A stretch of 64,000 bases of DNA from Antechinus flavipes. Lineage: Eukaryota. The stretch covers positions 216,690,001 to 216,754,000 of the forward strand of contig NC_067399.1 in assembly GCF_016432865.1 (NCBI RefSeq), written 5' to 3'. Positions 52,210 to 64,000 of this stretch are shown here, one piece after another. Under the pieces are notes generated by a model that was given only the letters and a program-made list of their open reading frames with translations, did no database searches and was not told the DNA's origin. Position numbers and translations under genes: made by a program. How positions within the stretch are numbered: position 1 is the first letter of the stretch; every line of letters begins with the position of its first letter.

Positions 52210-53581
52210 GAATGATATAATTACTTTCTTAAAAAAATAAAAAAGAACTTCCTTTTTGAACAAATAATCTCAATGTGTTCCAGTTAAAAACATCAGTTTA
52301 GCAAGTGTATGTGAGAAGTGATTCTAAACTTTAATCCACAATATAAAGTTAAATCATTTTTAAAATATTTTAAATGCATCCATTTAAATAATTGCCACCT
52401 ATTCTAGAATGCAAAGATGTCCCTAAAGGATGGAGCTCAAGACAAAACTCAAGACATGTAGCAATCATAAAATTCACTTGTGAGCAAATAAGAATTATGC
52501 CTACTCATTCCTAACAAAAAGATAAAAATTAAGCTAGAGAAGTATACTCTAACTAAATATACTTCTATATATTCCTCGTCTTGTTGTCATAGATGATCTT
52601 CAGAGACTTCTTGGGTTTAAATTCCTTGTTAGTCTTTAACTTTGAAGTTAAATTTCTCATTGTAACCTTTTTTATTGCTAAATTCCAGGATCCCTAGCAT
52701 CCAATATAAATATGTTAAGCCCACTGTGATGGTCTTGTGGCTTTGGATTCAAATAATAAGTACCTCCATTGCTCACTCCCAGGATGGCCTTGGTCATCTA
52801 GTGCCTTATTCTCTCGTAAAATCAGGAAGGATTTGAATTAGATGGAACCAGTGATCCCTTCCAACCTATTCATCATTCATGAACAAATCCTATAATACTA
52901 CTATTCATATCCTAATGTCATTAGATTATGTCAGGTTTCCACTGTGTATACCAATAACCAGGAAAATGGAATTCTAAAAAAGGTAAAGAATGGATAGACA
53001 TTTGGTGGGTGGACATTTTTATTTAGATTTTTATGTTTTGTCATCTTTTTTTTTTTTAAAATCATGATGAGTCTTTTGCCATCCTAGTGACTAGGTATTA
53101 TATGAATGTGTTTTTAAGCTGTATTGTACCTAAGGTTAATGTTAAAAAAATAATAATAATAATTGTTCAGAAGAGCAGAGACTCAGAAAAATTAAATGAT
53201 CCAACCATTTTCACATAACTAGAATATATCAGGGACCCTATTGAAGTCTAGGTTATATTAATATTAAGTCCAATGCTATAGTCACTGTACTATCCTATCT
53301 TTCATATTAATATGGCCAACACAATCAACTATTTAAAAGAATTCTGTGCATGCCTTATAAAAACTGACAAATTTTATCAAGAGACATATTTCAAAGTCAT
53401 ACTGTTTACTTGGCTTTCATTTTTCACCACAGAATTCATTATTTAGATAAAAAAATAAAATAGCTAAGAAAATGTGATGGCATCCTTCTCTGCAAATATT
53501 ATGTTAGAATTGGAATGGAGAAGTTGTATTGATAAGAAATCCATCCTAGTCACCTGTTCATCCCATGAATAACTGAGCTTA

Positions 53582-53608
53582 AACACACACACACACACAC
53601 ACACACAC
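53582..53608 (+). repeat. (AC)n microsatellite
   Basis: direct reading. Confidence 0.95.
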
Positions 53609-54359
53609 CTTTTTTCCCCTTTCTTTTTCTTTTCCCAAGCATGAATTTGAATAAGGAAAAGAGAAGAACAGTGTAAATGTGATTAAATTATCGGACAGAA
53701 ACACACGACTAAAAATAATTGACTCTCTCATGTTTCATGAGCTCTAACTTAATTCTTCATAATGCTGATTTCTTTTATTTCCCAATATTTATTTCCTTTT
53801 CTACCTTGACTTTAATTAATTTTGCCCTTGGCTCACAAACAGGTGAAACTGGAAACTTTGTATTTGCTTTTTTTTTGTTTTGTTTCTCTTGAAGCAAGTT
53901 AACTAATTAAAATTGGAATTTGGTTACATGTATTATATATCAGGAGTCATCCTGATATAAAATGCCCAGCAGGGTCACATAGTGGTAGCTGACTTTTTCT
54001 AAGGCAGAAAAAGAAAAAAAAATAAGTGGAAGTCAGGAGACCACAATGTGAAAGAGGAAGAGTAAAATAATTAAATAAAAGTTGTGGGAGAAAAAAAAAA
54101 GCAGCCACAAATATCTTGGTTAGTTTTGCCAAAGAACACAGTTATTAGGTCTTAACACTTCTAGGCTTCTGCACATTCAACCATTTTGTGTGATTGTTGG
54201 GTAGAGTGTAAAATGAGGTAGCAAGTTATTCATGAGTTTGATTCTAATTGACAGTGAAGCAAATGCTATTACTTTATTTCCCATTTGATTTACAATTGCC
54301 TCTTTATTTCTTTAAAAATGACTGAATAAAAACTTTAATTCTTCGGGAATTGTATTCAT

Positions 54360-54371
54360 TCTCTCTCTCTG

Positions 54372-54420
<49 letters not shown>

Positions 54421-54443
54421 CTTTCTCTCTCTCTCTCTCTCTC
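54360..54443 (+). repeat. (CT)n microsatellite
   Basis: direct reading. Confidence 0.95.
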
Positions 54444-54559
54444 CCCAATCCCCAAACTGTAGTAAGTGTTTCTCAATCTGAGCTTGGAAAGAAGTTAAAG
54501 TTTCAAAAAGACGGAGCTGAGGATAAATTTAATTTTATCAATCAACATTTTTGTTGTTG

Positions 54560-54800
54560 ATTCTTTTTTTCTGTCATGTATGACTGATCCCATTTGGGGA
54601 TTTTTGACAAAAATACTGGAGTAGTTTACCATTTACTTCTCCAGCTTATTTACAGATGAGAAAACTGAGGCAAACAGGCTTAAGTGGCTTGCCCAGGATG
54701 ACAGAACTAGTAAGTATCTCAGGTCAGATTGAAATTCATCAACAAGAGTCTTTCTAACTCCAGGTCTAGCACTCTATCTATTGTGCCACCTAGTTGGCAC
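54560..54800 (-). mobile_element. MAR1-type SINE
   Basis: ccatttggggatttttgacaaaaatactggagtagtttaccatt...gaaaactgaggcaaacagg. Confidence 0.85.
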
Positions 54801-55340
54801 TGCCCTGGCACCAGAGATGAGAAGCAAAAGAAGCAAGAGATAGTCACTGCCCGCAAGATAATTACAACTTAATTCTAGGTATCAGCATCAGCCTAAATGT
54901 ATGGTTAGAGCAAGAAGGTCAGCTTGGGTAGAGCCAGAGATTACAAAAATTAGAGAAATATATAATAAGGCTGTAAGGGTAAGTTGGACCCAGGTTGTGA
55001 AGAGCCTTAAAAAGCTAAGAGCAGAATTTTTTCTTTGATCCTAGAGATAACATAGAGCTACAGGAGCTTTTAATTCTGGGGAATGACATGGTCAGTGTCA
55101 CAATTGTGCTTTAAGGTTATCACTTTGGCAGTTGTGAGGAGAATAGATTGTAGTGGGAAGATTTGAGGGAGAAAGATCAATGAGAAGGTTATTGAAGTCA
55201 GACTGGTGAAAGCTGATAAGGGCCTGAATGATGATAGTACCCATATTAATGGGGAGAAGTGGGACAGATGCAGAAGTTGGGGAGGTAGAATAAATAAGGC
55301 AAAGTAATGGACTGAAAATATGAAATATGGGATAAGAGCT
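54800..55340 (-). mobile_element. L2 fragment
   Basis: gaccaggttgtgaagagcctt...gacatggtcag...ttggcagttgtgaggagaatagattg. Confidence 0.7.
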
Positions 55341-55479
55341 GAAGATTATAATAATGGCTAGCATTTATATTACATCTTAATTAAGGTTTGCAAAGCACTT
55401 TACAAATATCTCATTTTATCCTCACAACAATCCCGAGAAGTCTGTACTTTATTATCTCTATTTTACAGATGAAAGTGGG

Positions 55480-55737
55480 GCAGCTAGGGATCACAGGGGA
55501 TACACTTCAGAACCTGGAGTCAGAAAAGTCAGGAAGACTCATCTTCATGAGTTCAAATCTGACCTCAGACTCTTATTAGCAGTGCAATCCTGCACAAGTC
55601 ACTTAAACCTGTGAGACTCAGTTGGCTCAGTAAGTTTAGATTTGATCTCTTCTCCCTTCATCTCCTTCTGTTGCACAACACACATTTATAATCTAATACT
55701 AGCTAAGTTTTTCTTGGTTTCCATTTCCCTGAAAAGC

Positions 55738-55780
<43 letters not shown>

Positions 55781-55925
55781 AAAAACTAATCCTAATCCTT
55801 TCAGAAACATAAAAATTAGCTGAAGAAGGAAATGGCAAACTATTGCAGTACCTTTCCTGAGAAAACTACAAATGGGACCACAAAGAGTCAGACAAGACTG
55901 AAACTACTGAACAACAACAAAAACA
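55480..55925 (+). mobile_element. MAR1-type SINE split by ~180 bp of unrelated sequence containing A39
   Basis: 5' half ends at ...cacttaaacctgtgagactcagtt (~55623); 3' half resumes at ...tagctgaagaaggaaatggcaaac (~55818); A run at 55741-55779. Confidence 0.7.
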
Positions 55926-56109
55926 AATACAGATAAGGGAACTGAAAGAGGCAGGAGTTTGTGACTTCTCAAGGATACACAGATACTAAGTGTCTGAGGC
56001 AAAATTTGACTCAATTCTTCCTGAATCTGGTGTTCTATTCATTATACGACCTGGCTGCCTCATAGAATGACCATGAGGTTGTCAAAATGAGTGTCTAGAA
56101 ATATGATGG

Positions 56110-56430
56110 TATTCTTTTTTTTTTTTTCAATTGCATTTTATTTTTCCAAATACATGTAAAAATAGTTTTCAACATTGACTTTTATAAGACTTTGTATTCC
56201 AAAATTTCTCCTTTCCTTTTTTCTATCTCCTCCCCAAGATAGCAAGCAATCTAATATAGGCTAAATATGTACAATCCTTTTAAATGTATTTCCATATTTG
56301 CCTAGTTGTACAAGAAAAATCAGACTAAAAGGAAAAAAATGAGAAAGAACAAACAGACAAAAAGGTGAAAATACCATGCTTCCATCCACATTCAGTCTCC
56401 ATAGCTCTCTCTCTAGACATGATTAGCATT
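56110..56430 (-). mobile_element. L1 3' end
   Basis: T tail, ccaaatacatgtaaaaatagttttcaacatt, ccccaagatagcaagcaatctaatatagg. Confidence 0.85.
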
Positions 56431-56524
56431 TTTAGATGGTGGAATTCTTGTCAGAAATAAGGAAATATGAAAGAGAATTTTTTGGGGGGAGGGGGAATAA
56501 AATAAAATGGATTTTGTGTTTTTT

Positions 56525-56557
56525 ATATATATGTATGTATATATATATATATATATG

Positions 56558-56590
<33 letters not shown>
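56525..56590 (+). repeat. (TA)n(TG)n compound microsatellite
   Basis: direct reading. Confidence 0.95.
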
Positions 56591-56592
<2 letters not shown>

Positions 56593-56699
56593 TTTTTAGG
56601 TGTGTTCAGGAAATCTAATTGTCAGTTGTTGATTATTGAAGAACACAGCAAAAGGGAAAGAAAGGCTGAATTTATAGACCTGAGAGTCTTCTAGACTAT

Positions 56700-56960
56700 A
56701 CTTCCAGTGGAGCAGCTCAGTGGTAGCATGGAGAGATCATGGGGCCTGGAGTTAGGAAGATCTTACCTTAAATCCTATCTCAGACATTTACTAGCAATGT
56801 TACACTGCTAAAGACACATAATCCTTATTTGCTGCAGTAGGTCACACTGGAGAAGGGAATGGCAAGCCACCCAACCATCCTTGCCAAGAAAATCCTATGG
56901 ATAATGTCCATTGGGTCGTGTAGAGTCAGGACTGAACAGCTGAACAATAACAAATACTTT
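56700..56960 (+). mobile_element. MAR1-type SINE
   Basis: gagaagggaatggcaagccacccaaccatccttgccaagaaaatcc...gactgaacagctgaacaataacaa. Confidence 0.8.
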
Positions 56961-58239
56961 TAGTGCTTTATCATACTATGCTTTCTGCCAGTAGGTGAAA
57001 CTAATAGGAAAGTTCGTAGGAGCCAGATACCTGTGATGCTAAAATACCACACAATTGGTTGGTTAATTCAAGATACTTCCTTTGCTCATCATGTAGTGAA
57101 AGAATGACTTATAAATGATTGCTTTGGGATGAAAGGGGGAGTCTAAAACTAACAAAACTTTTATTTTTCTATTAAATCTGTACTCTAAAGGTCATCAGGT
57201 AATTGAGACAATTCAGAAGTTAGTTAGCTGAGAAGTGCTCTGAATTTCTCACCTAAATAATAAGCAGTACTATATACAATATTCATAGAATTGCAGAGGT
57301 TAAAGGGACTTCAGATGTATTCAACCCATACTTGAATAGAATTATTCTCTACAGTATCAAGTGAAGGGAAACTCACTACCTCCTGAGACAACTCCATTCC
57401 ACTTTTGGACAGCACATCGATTTTTAGATAGTTGTTTTTTTTTTTTTTTTTTTTTTTCCCTTCAAGTTGAAACCTAACTTCCTGCAACTCCATACCTTTA
57501 AATGTTTGAATTATCTTCAATAAATCAACAAGCTTCTGTGCATTGTTCTGAAAGTCTTAAAGCTCTCTAGAAATGTAAATTGTTGCTGCTGTCCCCGTTT
57601 TTGTGTTTGTTAGAACAGTCCTCAGGTACCAGGGTCTAGAGAGGAGACTGCAGACCAATTATCTTCAGAGCTCAAGAGTAATGAAAGAATTCTGCAGTGT
57701 ACCCTGAAGTTTCCACAGCAAATGGGGCAAAGTCTCTGAATAGTAAGCCATGATTCTAGTCATGATTGATGTTGTGGTCATGATTAAAACTTATGCTAGT
57801 AGTTTTTGTTGTTTTTATTCTTTTCCGTATATTTCCTCCCTAAGACAACTGCAATTAAATAATTTGCCTTGGGTCAAACAGGAAGTATTAAATGTCTGAA
57901 GTTGGATTTCATTTCAGGTCCTACTGGCTTCAGGACCAAGTGCAGTATCCACTGAGCCATCTAGCTTCACCTTTTTCCTGTATTTTCTATCTGCATAGAT
58001 AATATACTCAGATGGGAGCAGTATACCTTTAGAATATGTCTAATTGTCTCCTAATGACTATGTTTGGTACTAAAAGTACATTTTCAGTTTATCAGGAGTA
58101 GATGGGAGTTTTCCTTTTGTCCTTTATTATTAAAACCCATGGATTATTGGCTCATAGTAGATTTTAATAAAGGTTTGTTGATTGACTAACCTCAAATCCT
58201 CAACTTCACAGAGGAATTATGCCAAAACCAGATCCTAAC

Positions 58240-58790
58240 AAGGAAAAGGGGGTATTACAATGGAAAGGTCCAGTAGAATTTCAAATAACTCCCTATATCC
58301 CAACTATGAGAAGACTGGATTTTAATTCATAACTGTGACACCCCCATTAGCTAACAATTCCCAGGCCATGTTCCAATTGATCATTATTTAGATCCAGATT
58401 GACTCAGAGTAAATGTGAATAGTACTCATTTCTCTTGCCTCCAGAATCCCTGAGGGTTTTCCCCTCCCAGATTTATTTTTTATTCATTTAGATTTTTTTA
58501 ATTAAATGAAAAAAGGCCATTCTTTGCCTCAATTTCAATGGATATGACCTCAAAACTGAGATTTATTGAAGACCTTAGATTAAAAATATCAAGGTCTTCC
58601 ATTGCATCCAGAGCTACCTCCAGTCATCCTGATTTATATATGACCAGGAAACCCAGATGATTCTGGAGGAGAAAGTGAGGCAGGTGACCTTGCCTAACCC
58701 TCCCTCATTTAAATCCAATTTACATGCATATTATGACATAACCTTCCTGAAGTCATGGCCTTCTTTGAAAACAAAGGATAAACAATAACC
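58240..58790 (+). mobile_element. WALLSI-like RTE-tail SINE (long form)
   Basis: cagatgattctggaggagaaagtgaggcaggtgaccttgcc...aaatccaatt...gaaaacaaaggataaacaa tail. Confidence 0.75.
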
Positions 58791-59909
58791 TTTATCCTAA
58801 GGAGCTTATTAATTTAGTCTTAGAGAAGTCACTGATCTTTATAAATGGTAGAGATTTCCTCGTTGGGAATACTCTAATTAAATAAAACATATACAAATTC
58901 CTCTATAATAAAACATTCACACACATGTGCATACACATGCATACTCACATATACATACTCCCAAATGAAAGTCTGTAATGCATGCAGAAATCTAGTTTTA
59001 CTGTGAACTCTGAACCATGTAATGTAAACTCCTATTAAAAAAAATCCTTCTTCAAATCTTTCACAAAACCCCCAATTTACTTCCTAGCCATATAATTACT
59101 ATTTTCAAAGATACAACATGAAATAATAGTAAAAAACCCAGACTTTTCATAAGCCTTCAAGTCTTGGCCCCCTTTTGCCATACAATCACTAACTGAATGA
59201 GCTTAGGTATTTAATTTCCTTGAGTTTCAGTTCTCTCATTTTGCAAAATGAGGAAAATAACCTCTGCTCGGTACCCCTCCCAAGGGATTGTTCAAAACCT
59301 AATTTAATAATGATATAGTAGTATCATTACTTTGTAAAGTGCTTTTTAAAGTTTTTTCATGATTTGCATATTTAAAAGATAGCATTATAACATACCCATT
59401 GCTAGAGATATCCTTCATCTTTGAGGGAGATTTTGTTAATGGAATTTATTGTCTTTGGATAGAAAAAATATTTTGGGGAAACTGGCAGAATACTTTTATA
59501 TATTTAATCTCAAAATGTCTATTAGATTCTCTTTCTTTCCTTTCCCTTTAATCTGGTAAAGACATGACAAAAAAAGACCTGTCATCTTTATTTTCCATAA
59601 AAATGGACCATGTGTTTTCCATGAGAATTGTAAGCCTTCTCATCTAAATCCAGCATAACTATGCTTTCACATGAATTCAAAACCATCTTACCAATACTCT
59701 CAGTTTCTTGTGCTCTGCTGATTGGAGAGCTCAGGATGGAAGGGAAAAACTCCTAGAATTCCTATTTTATGGGAAATAGTCAACTCTTTATTTCTTATCC
59801 ACTGTAAAGTGCATGATGATGTTACAGCAACTGTAACATCGTCATGCACCTTACAATGGATTCCATCTTTATTTTCTCAGCCTTTTGGCATCTTTTTATC
59901 TGGTCTTCT

Positions 59910-60425
59910 TGTAATGCTGGAGAAACTGAGGCAAAATAGAGATTAGAAGTTTTTAATATTTTATTAGAGGGAGAGTTTGAACTGGGGCAAAACAGGATCC
60001 ATGTTGACTCTAGCCAGCTGGATCAGACTTTTGCCTCAAAGTATCCAGCCCTTAGCAAGGGATCCCAGAGACTCTTATAGGGCTCCAGCAATCAAGGAAA
60101 CAAAGGCAAAAGGGGTAGAGCACTGGTGAGTTGGAAGTTCCAGGAAAGGACCATAAATTTAGTTCTGACAGATTGGGGGTGAAAAAGGATCATAAATTCT
60201 GATAAGTTGGGAGGCTAGGAGACACTGTCTGGTTCAGAAGGTCCCATCTAAATATCCAAGATAAGCCATCTGCAGTTTATGACTCTTTGGAATACTAGTG
60301 GTCAGGGCTCCCAGACTTAATTATCTGAGTCCTAATGGCCAGGAAGGGAGTTTCCACCAAAAGACTGAAGCAGAACAATTCAGGGAAACTGAAGCAGAAC
60401 AATTCAGGGAAACTAAGGCATAATA
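59910..60425 (-). mobile_element. solo ERV LTR related to the 8002 element
   Basis: starts tgtaatgctggagaaactgaggcaaaatagag (8002 copy: tgtaatgccagagaaactgaggcaagatagag); ends ggcataata; 24-bp repeat actgaagcagaacaattcagggaa twice; flanks cttct/tttct. Confidence 0.85.
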
Positions 60426-60939
60426 TTTCTCCATAGGATTGAAAGCTCTCTGAAGACAATAATTGTCTTTCTTCTTATTTGCATACTTAGCACAGCATTT
60501 GGCACATAGTATGTAGTTAATGTTTGCTATACTGTGTTGTGTTATATTTATCTTAAATTAGCAATACATACATACATAGTTTGAACAAGGCAATATTTTT
60601 CATCAGGAAATAGCCTCTCCTGTTTCAAATCTCTAAGAACACATAGCCTCTTTTTTGCATTTATCTTATCTTGCTCTTCATTTTATAATATTACTTGTGT
60701 ACTTGTCTTGTTCCTCTTATCCAGTAGATAAGCTCTTTATCAACATGTTTTCCAAAATGTTTGGTACAGTGACTTAAAGATAGTAGATATTCTTTTTAAA
60801 ATTATTTTTAATCTGTGTAGTGAGAACAGTATTTATGTCAAATTCTAACTGCCAATTATTATATGAAACTCTTTGGATTAATCAGTTCTCCTATCTAAAT
60901 ATCTTTTACCTCCTCTATAAAATCAAGTGATTATATTAA

Positions 60940-61140
60940 GGATTTTTGCTTTATTTTGTGTTAGATAAGATCCCTTTGGAATTCTGGTTGTCTTTGGACC
61001 CTTTCCAGAAGAATGATTTTAAATATTTAAAATAAAATACATAGTACTATGAAGAAAGTTGATTGTATTACCAAATATTAATAAAAACATTATATCAGAC
61101 ATATTTATATCTAAATCACTTAGAGCCCCAAATTCCATGG
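60940..61140 (+). mobile_element. hAT-type MITE, same family as 20460
   Basis: gatccctttggaattctgg...ggaccctttccagaagaatgattttaaatatttaaaataaaatacatag. Confidence 0.55.
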
Positions 61141-62159
61141 TTCCATGAAATCATGCACATATCTCTGAAGAAAAGCAAATGTGAACCTATAATCTTTATT
61201 GGATGAATTATCTTGGAGTCTCACTAACAGAATCGCACAATCTGGTTCATTTTAGCACTTAATTGAGTGTTATTCAATTTTATACCTCTGAGAAACTGAG
61301 CTAACCAGGGTGTTTGTACTTAAGACAACTTTTGTTTTTTTTCCCAAGCCATGTAAAAAAAAACACAAGAGCATCCTGGTATTCCTTCCTAAACTACAAA
61401 ACTATACCAACATGCAGTTTTCTCTATATTCAGATATGATCCAATTTTTTCTATGAAACAAATATTCTTACTCCCCCATTTTTTTGTGGTGATGGTTGTT
61501 GTTTCATTTGTCACTCTGGCAAAACCTGTGTTTCTCTAATTAAAATGAATGGAATTCCTAAAGAAAACCAATTAAATTCTAATAGTCATCAAAATATATT
61601 AGAAGTTACCCTCGTTAAGAATCCTTGCATAATGGTTATCATTCATTTATTAATGGTTCTGATGCCAACAATTCCTCTACCACTGCTTATCAGTTAAATT
61701 CATTATTTGATTTCCTTTCTTTAAGAAAAGGATCTTTGCCTGCTGTGCAAAAAATGGTCAGGATTCATTATCTTTGCAGGCTCTGATCATTTCTGGAAGT
61801 GAAATTATAGGTTGCTCAATTACCCTTTCCTTTCAGTGGATGGCTTTCCACCTTGGTTTCTCTTGCCATTTTCCATGACACCAGAATCTTAGAGTAGAAC
61901 TCTTTGCCGTGACTGAAGTCTGTGACAGTGAAATTGGGAGCTGTAACACAGCTTATTGTTCTCTGTGCTCTCCCAAACTGAGGCAACACCTAGAGGGTAG
62001 AACTCTTTCAATAATCCTTCAATTGAGGGGCATTCTGGCTGTATTTCACATCTATGTGGAAATTGCATTGAATTCATTTGTGTTTGCTACCATGGAGCAA
62101 GAAAGAGGGATTCACAAAGAGAAGGGGGAGGGAAAAGAAGAACAATTAAAAATTATCTC

Positions 62160-62380
62160 ACATAAAAGAGATGTGCAATGGAGGGAAAATCTTCTTTTTT
62201 TTTGGGGGGGGGGAAGAGGGTTAAATTTGAACATTACTCTCATCAGAATTGAATCAAAGAGGGAATAACATACACACTCAGTTGGGTATAGAAATCTATC
62301 TTACCCAAAAGGGAGATATGTTTTTCATGTTTGCATGTTAAAAAAAAAGTACATGATAGTTTTGTTTTGTGAACTCTAAT
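62160..62380 (+). mobile_element. L1 3' fragment
   Basis: aacattactctcatcagaattgaatcaaagagggaataacatacacactcagttgggtatagaaatctatcttaccc. Confidence 0.8.
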
Positions 62381-62482
62381 CTTGCAAAGAACTCCTCAAG
62401 GTTCTCAGCTCACAAAACAGCATAAATCTGCATATTTTAGAAACCAATAAATTAGGAGTTGGAGGAAGAAATGAGGAAGGAG

Positions 62483-62849
62483 NNNNNNNNNNNNNNNNNN
62501 NNNNNNNNNNNNNNNNNNNNNNNNNNNNNNNNNNNNNNNNNNNNNNNNNNNNNNNNNNNNNNNNNNNNNNNNNNNNNNNNNNNNNNNNNNNNNNNNNNNN
62601 NNNNNNNNNNNNNNNNNNNNNNNNNNNNNNNNNNNNNNNNNNNNNNNNNNNNNNNNNNNNNNNNNNNNNNNNNNNNNNNNNNNNNNNNNNNNNNNNNNNN
62701 NNNNNNNNNNNNNNNNNNNNNNNNNNNNNNNNNNNNNNNNNNNNNNNNNNNNNNNNNNNNNNNNNNNNNNNNNNNNNNNNNNNNNNNNNNNNNNNNNNNN
62801 NNNNNNNNNNNNNNNNNNNNNNNNNNNNNNNNNNNNNNNNNNNNNNNNN
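62483..62849. other. assembly gap (367 N)
   Basis: run of N after a GGA-rich repeat. Confidence 0.99.
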
Positions 62850-63560
62850 TATTATGTTCCAAGCACTATACTAAACACTTTAGAAATATTATTTCATTTA
62901 AATTGTACTATGAATCCTGGGAGGTAGATTCTATTATTATCCTGATTTTATAGTTGAGGATATTGATTCAAACAAAGGTAAATTACTTGCCATACTCATA
63001 TAATAAGTTTCTGAGATCAGATCTGAACTCAGGCCCTCCTGACTCCAGCTAGTACTGGTGTCCACTGTACTAGAAAAATTTGATTCAAATCCTAGTTTGT
63101 TCGTTTTTTTTTTTTTTTTTTTTTTTTTTAGTGACTTTCTATGTGACCTTAGCAGTCAATTAATTTTATTGGAATAATAGATTATAGATTTAAAGCTGGA
63201 AATGATTGTAGTGATGTAGGTCAGGTCTCTTATTTTTCAAATGAAGAAACTGAGGATTAATGAGGTCAAGTAACCTACTTAAGATCACACAGATATCAAG
63301 TAGGATATCTTGGACTGCATACTGCAATTCAAAAGTTAGAACTTAGTTTTTCTCATCTATGAAGTGAAACAGTTGCACCACATGGCCTGTAATTTCCCTT
63401 TTAGAAAGACTGGTTCTACATCCAATCTGTGACACAGTGTATGTGTGACCCTGAACAAATCATGCAATTTCTCTTTTTTCCTTGGCAGCTCCACTATAAG
63501 TAAAGAAATCATATACTTTTCTGAATAGAAAAAGAAATTTCCTCACTAAGAATTTCTTAA
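62850..63560. mobile_element. cluster of MIR/MAR-family SINE fragments
   Basis: aagcactatactaaacacttt...gatctgaactcaggccctcctgactcc; aaatgaagaaactgagg; gtgtgaccctgaacaaatc. Confidence 0.65.
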
Positions 63561-64000
63561 GCAGATAGATCACAAATTAAATTAGATAAATATACACCAT
63601 GTCTACATACAAATGTTTTCTTACTTTATATATTTACATATAAAATGCACATAAATGCATATAATATTCATATAAAACAATCTAAATATGCCTCATTATA
63701 GGTGATATTTATATGATGTTTACTATATATGTCATTAATTCACCAATACTCCAATGGATTTGTGATCTCATTGATGCCATGGTTCTGTGTCTTAGTGCAG
63801 ATCACTGTCCTTCCATACCTACTTATCTTGTATGAGTTTTGTCTAAAGTCTTCACAGGAATGTCAAACACTGAAGAATTTTCTTTTTTCATATATAAAAC
63901 ACCTGAATTTTTGCTACCCAGGGAATGAATAATTGTCCATAGTTAACCTTTGGATTGAGCCACAAACTTCTATTTTGTTGTTGTTGTTTTCTCTTCCAAG

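Noticed and set aside
53956-53962. TATAAAA between two microsatellites with a MEF2-like site at 53709-53718
   Set aside because: Both motifs are common in DNA this AT-rich, and there is no CpG island or supportable first exon.
60365-60415. 24-bp direct repeats
   Set aside because: Two adjacent copies with no spacer inside an LTR U3 region; not CRISPR-like.

Overview
AT-rich, strongly CpG-depleted vertebrate DNA whose repeats (WSINE1-like, MAR1 and WALLSI-like SINEs, a dasyurid-type L1 3' end) point to an Australian marsupial, probably a dasyurid such as the Tasmanian devil; the species is inferred. The window looks intronic or intergenic: I could not support any protein-coding gene, and the ORF-track ORFs mostly derive from repeats, low-complexity sequence or N gaps. 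It holds many MIR/MAR1/WSINE1 SINEs, L1, L2, L3/CR1 and RTE relics, hAT-type MITEs, four solo LTRs, microsatellites, three assembly gaps and several CpG-retaining unique blocks that may be enhancers. The strongest observations are (1) a ~2.8 kb colinear fossil of an R4/Dong-clade non-LTR retrotransposon at 33150-35935, readable by motif from the N-terminal domain through the RT; (2) a young 5'-truncated L1 with an 81-nt 3' transduction, two poly(A) tails and a perfect 19-bp TSD at 36647-37031; and (3) an old 311-bp tandem duplication of unique sequence at 49858-50460. Repeat boundaries are approximate unless a TSD is given. Family names and consensus comparisons come from recall, not a database search. 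I found no evidence for a new multi-gene system.
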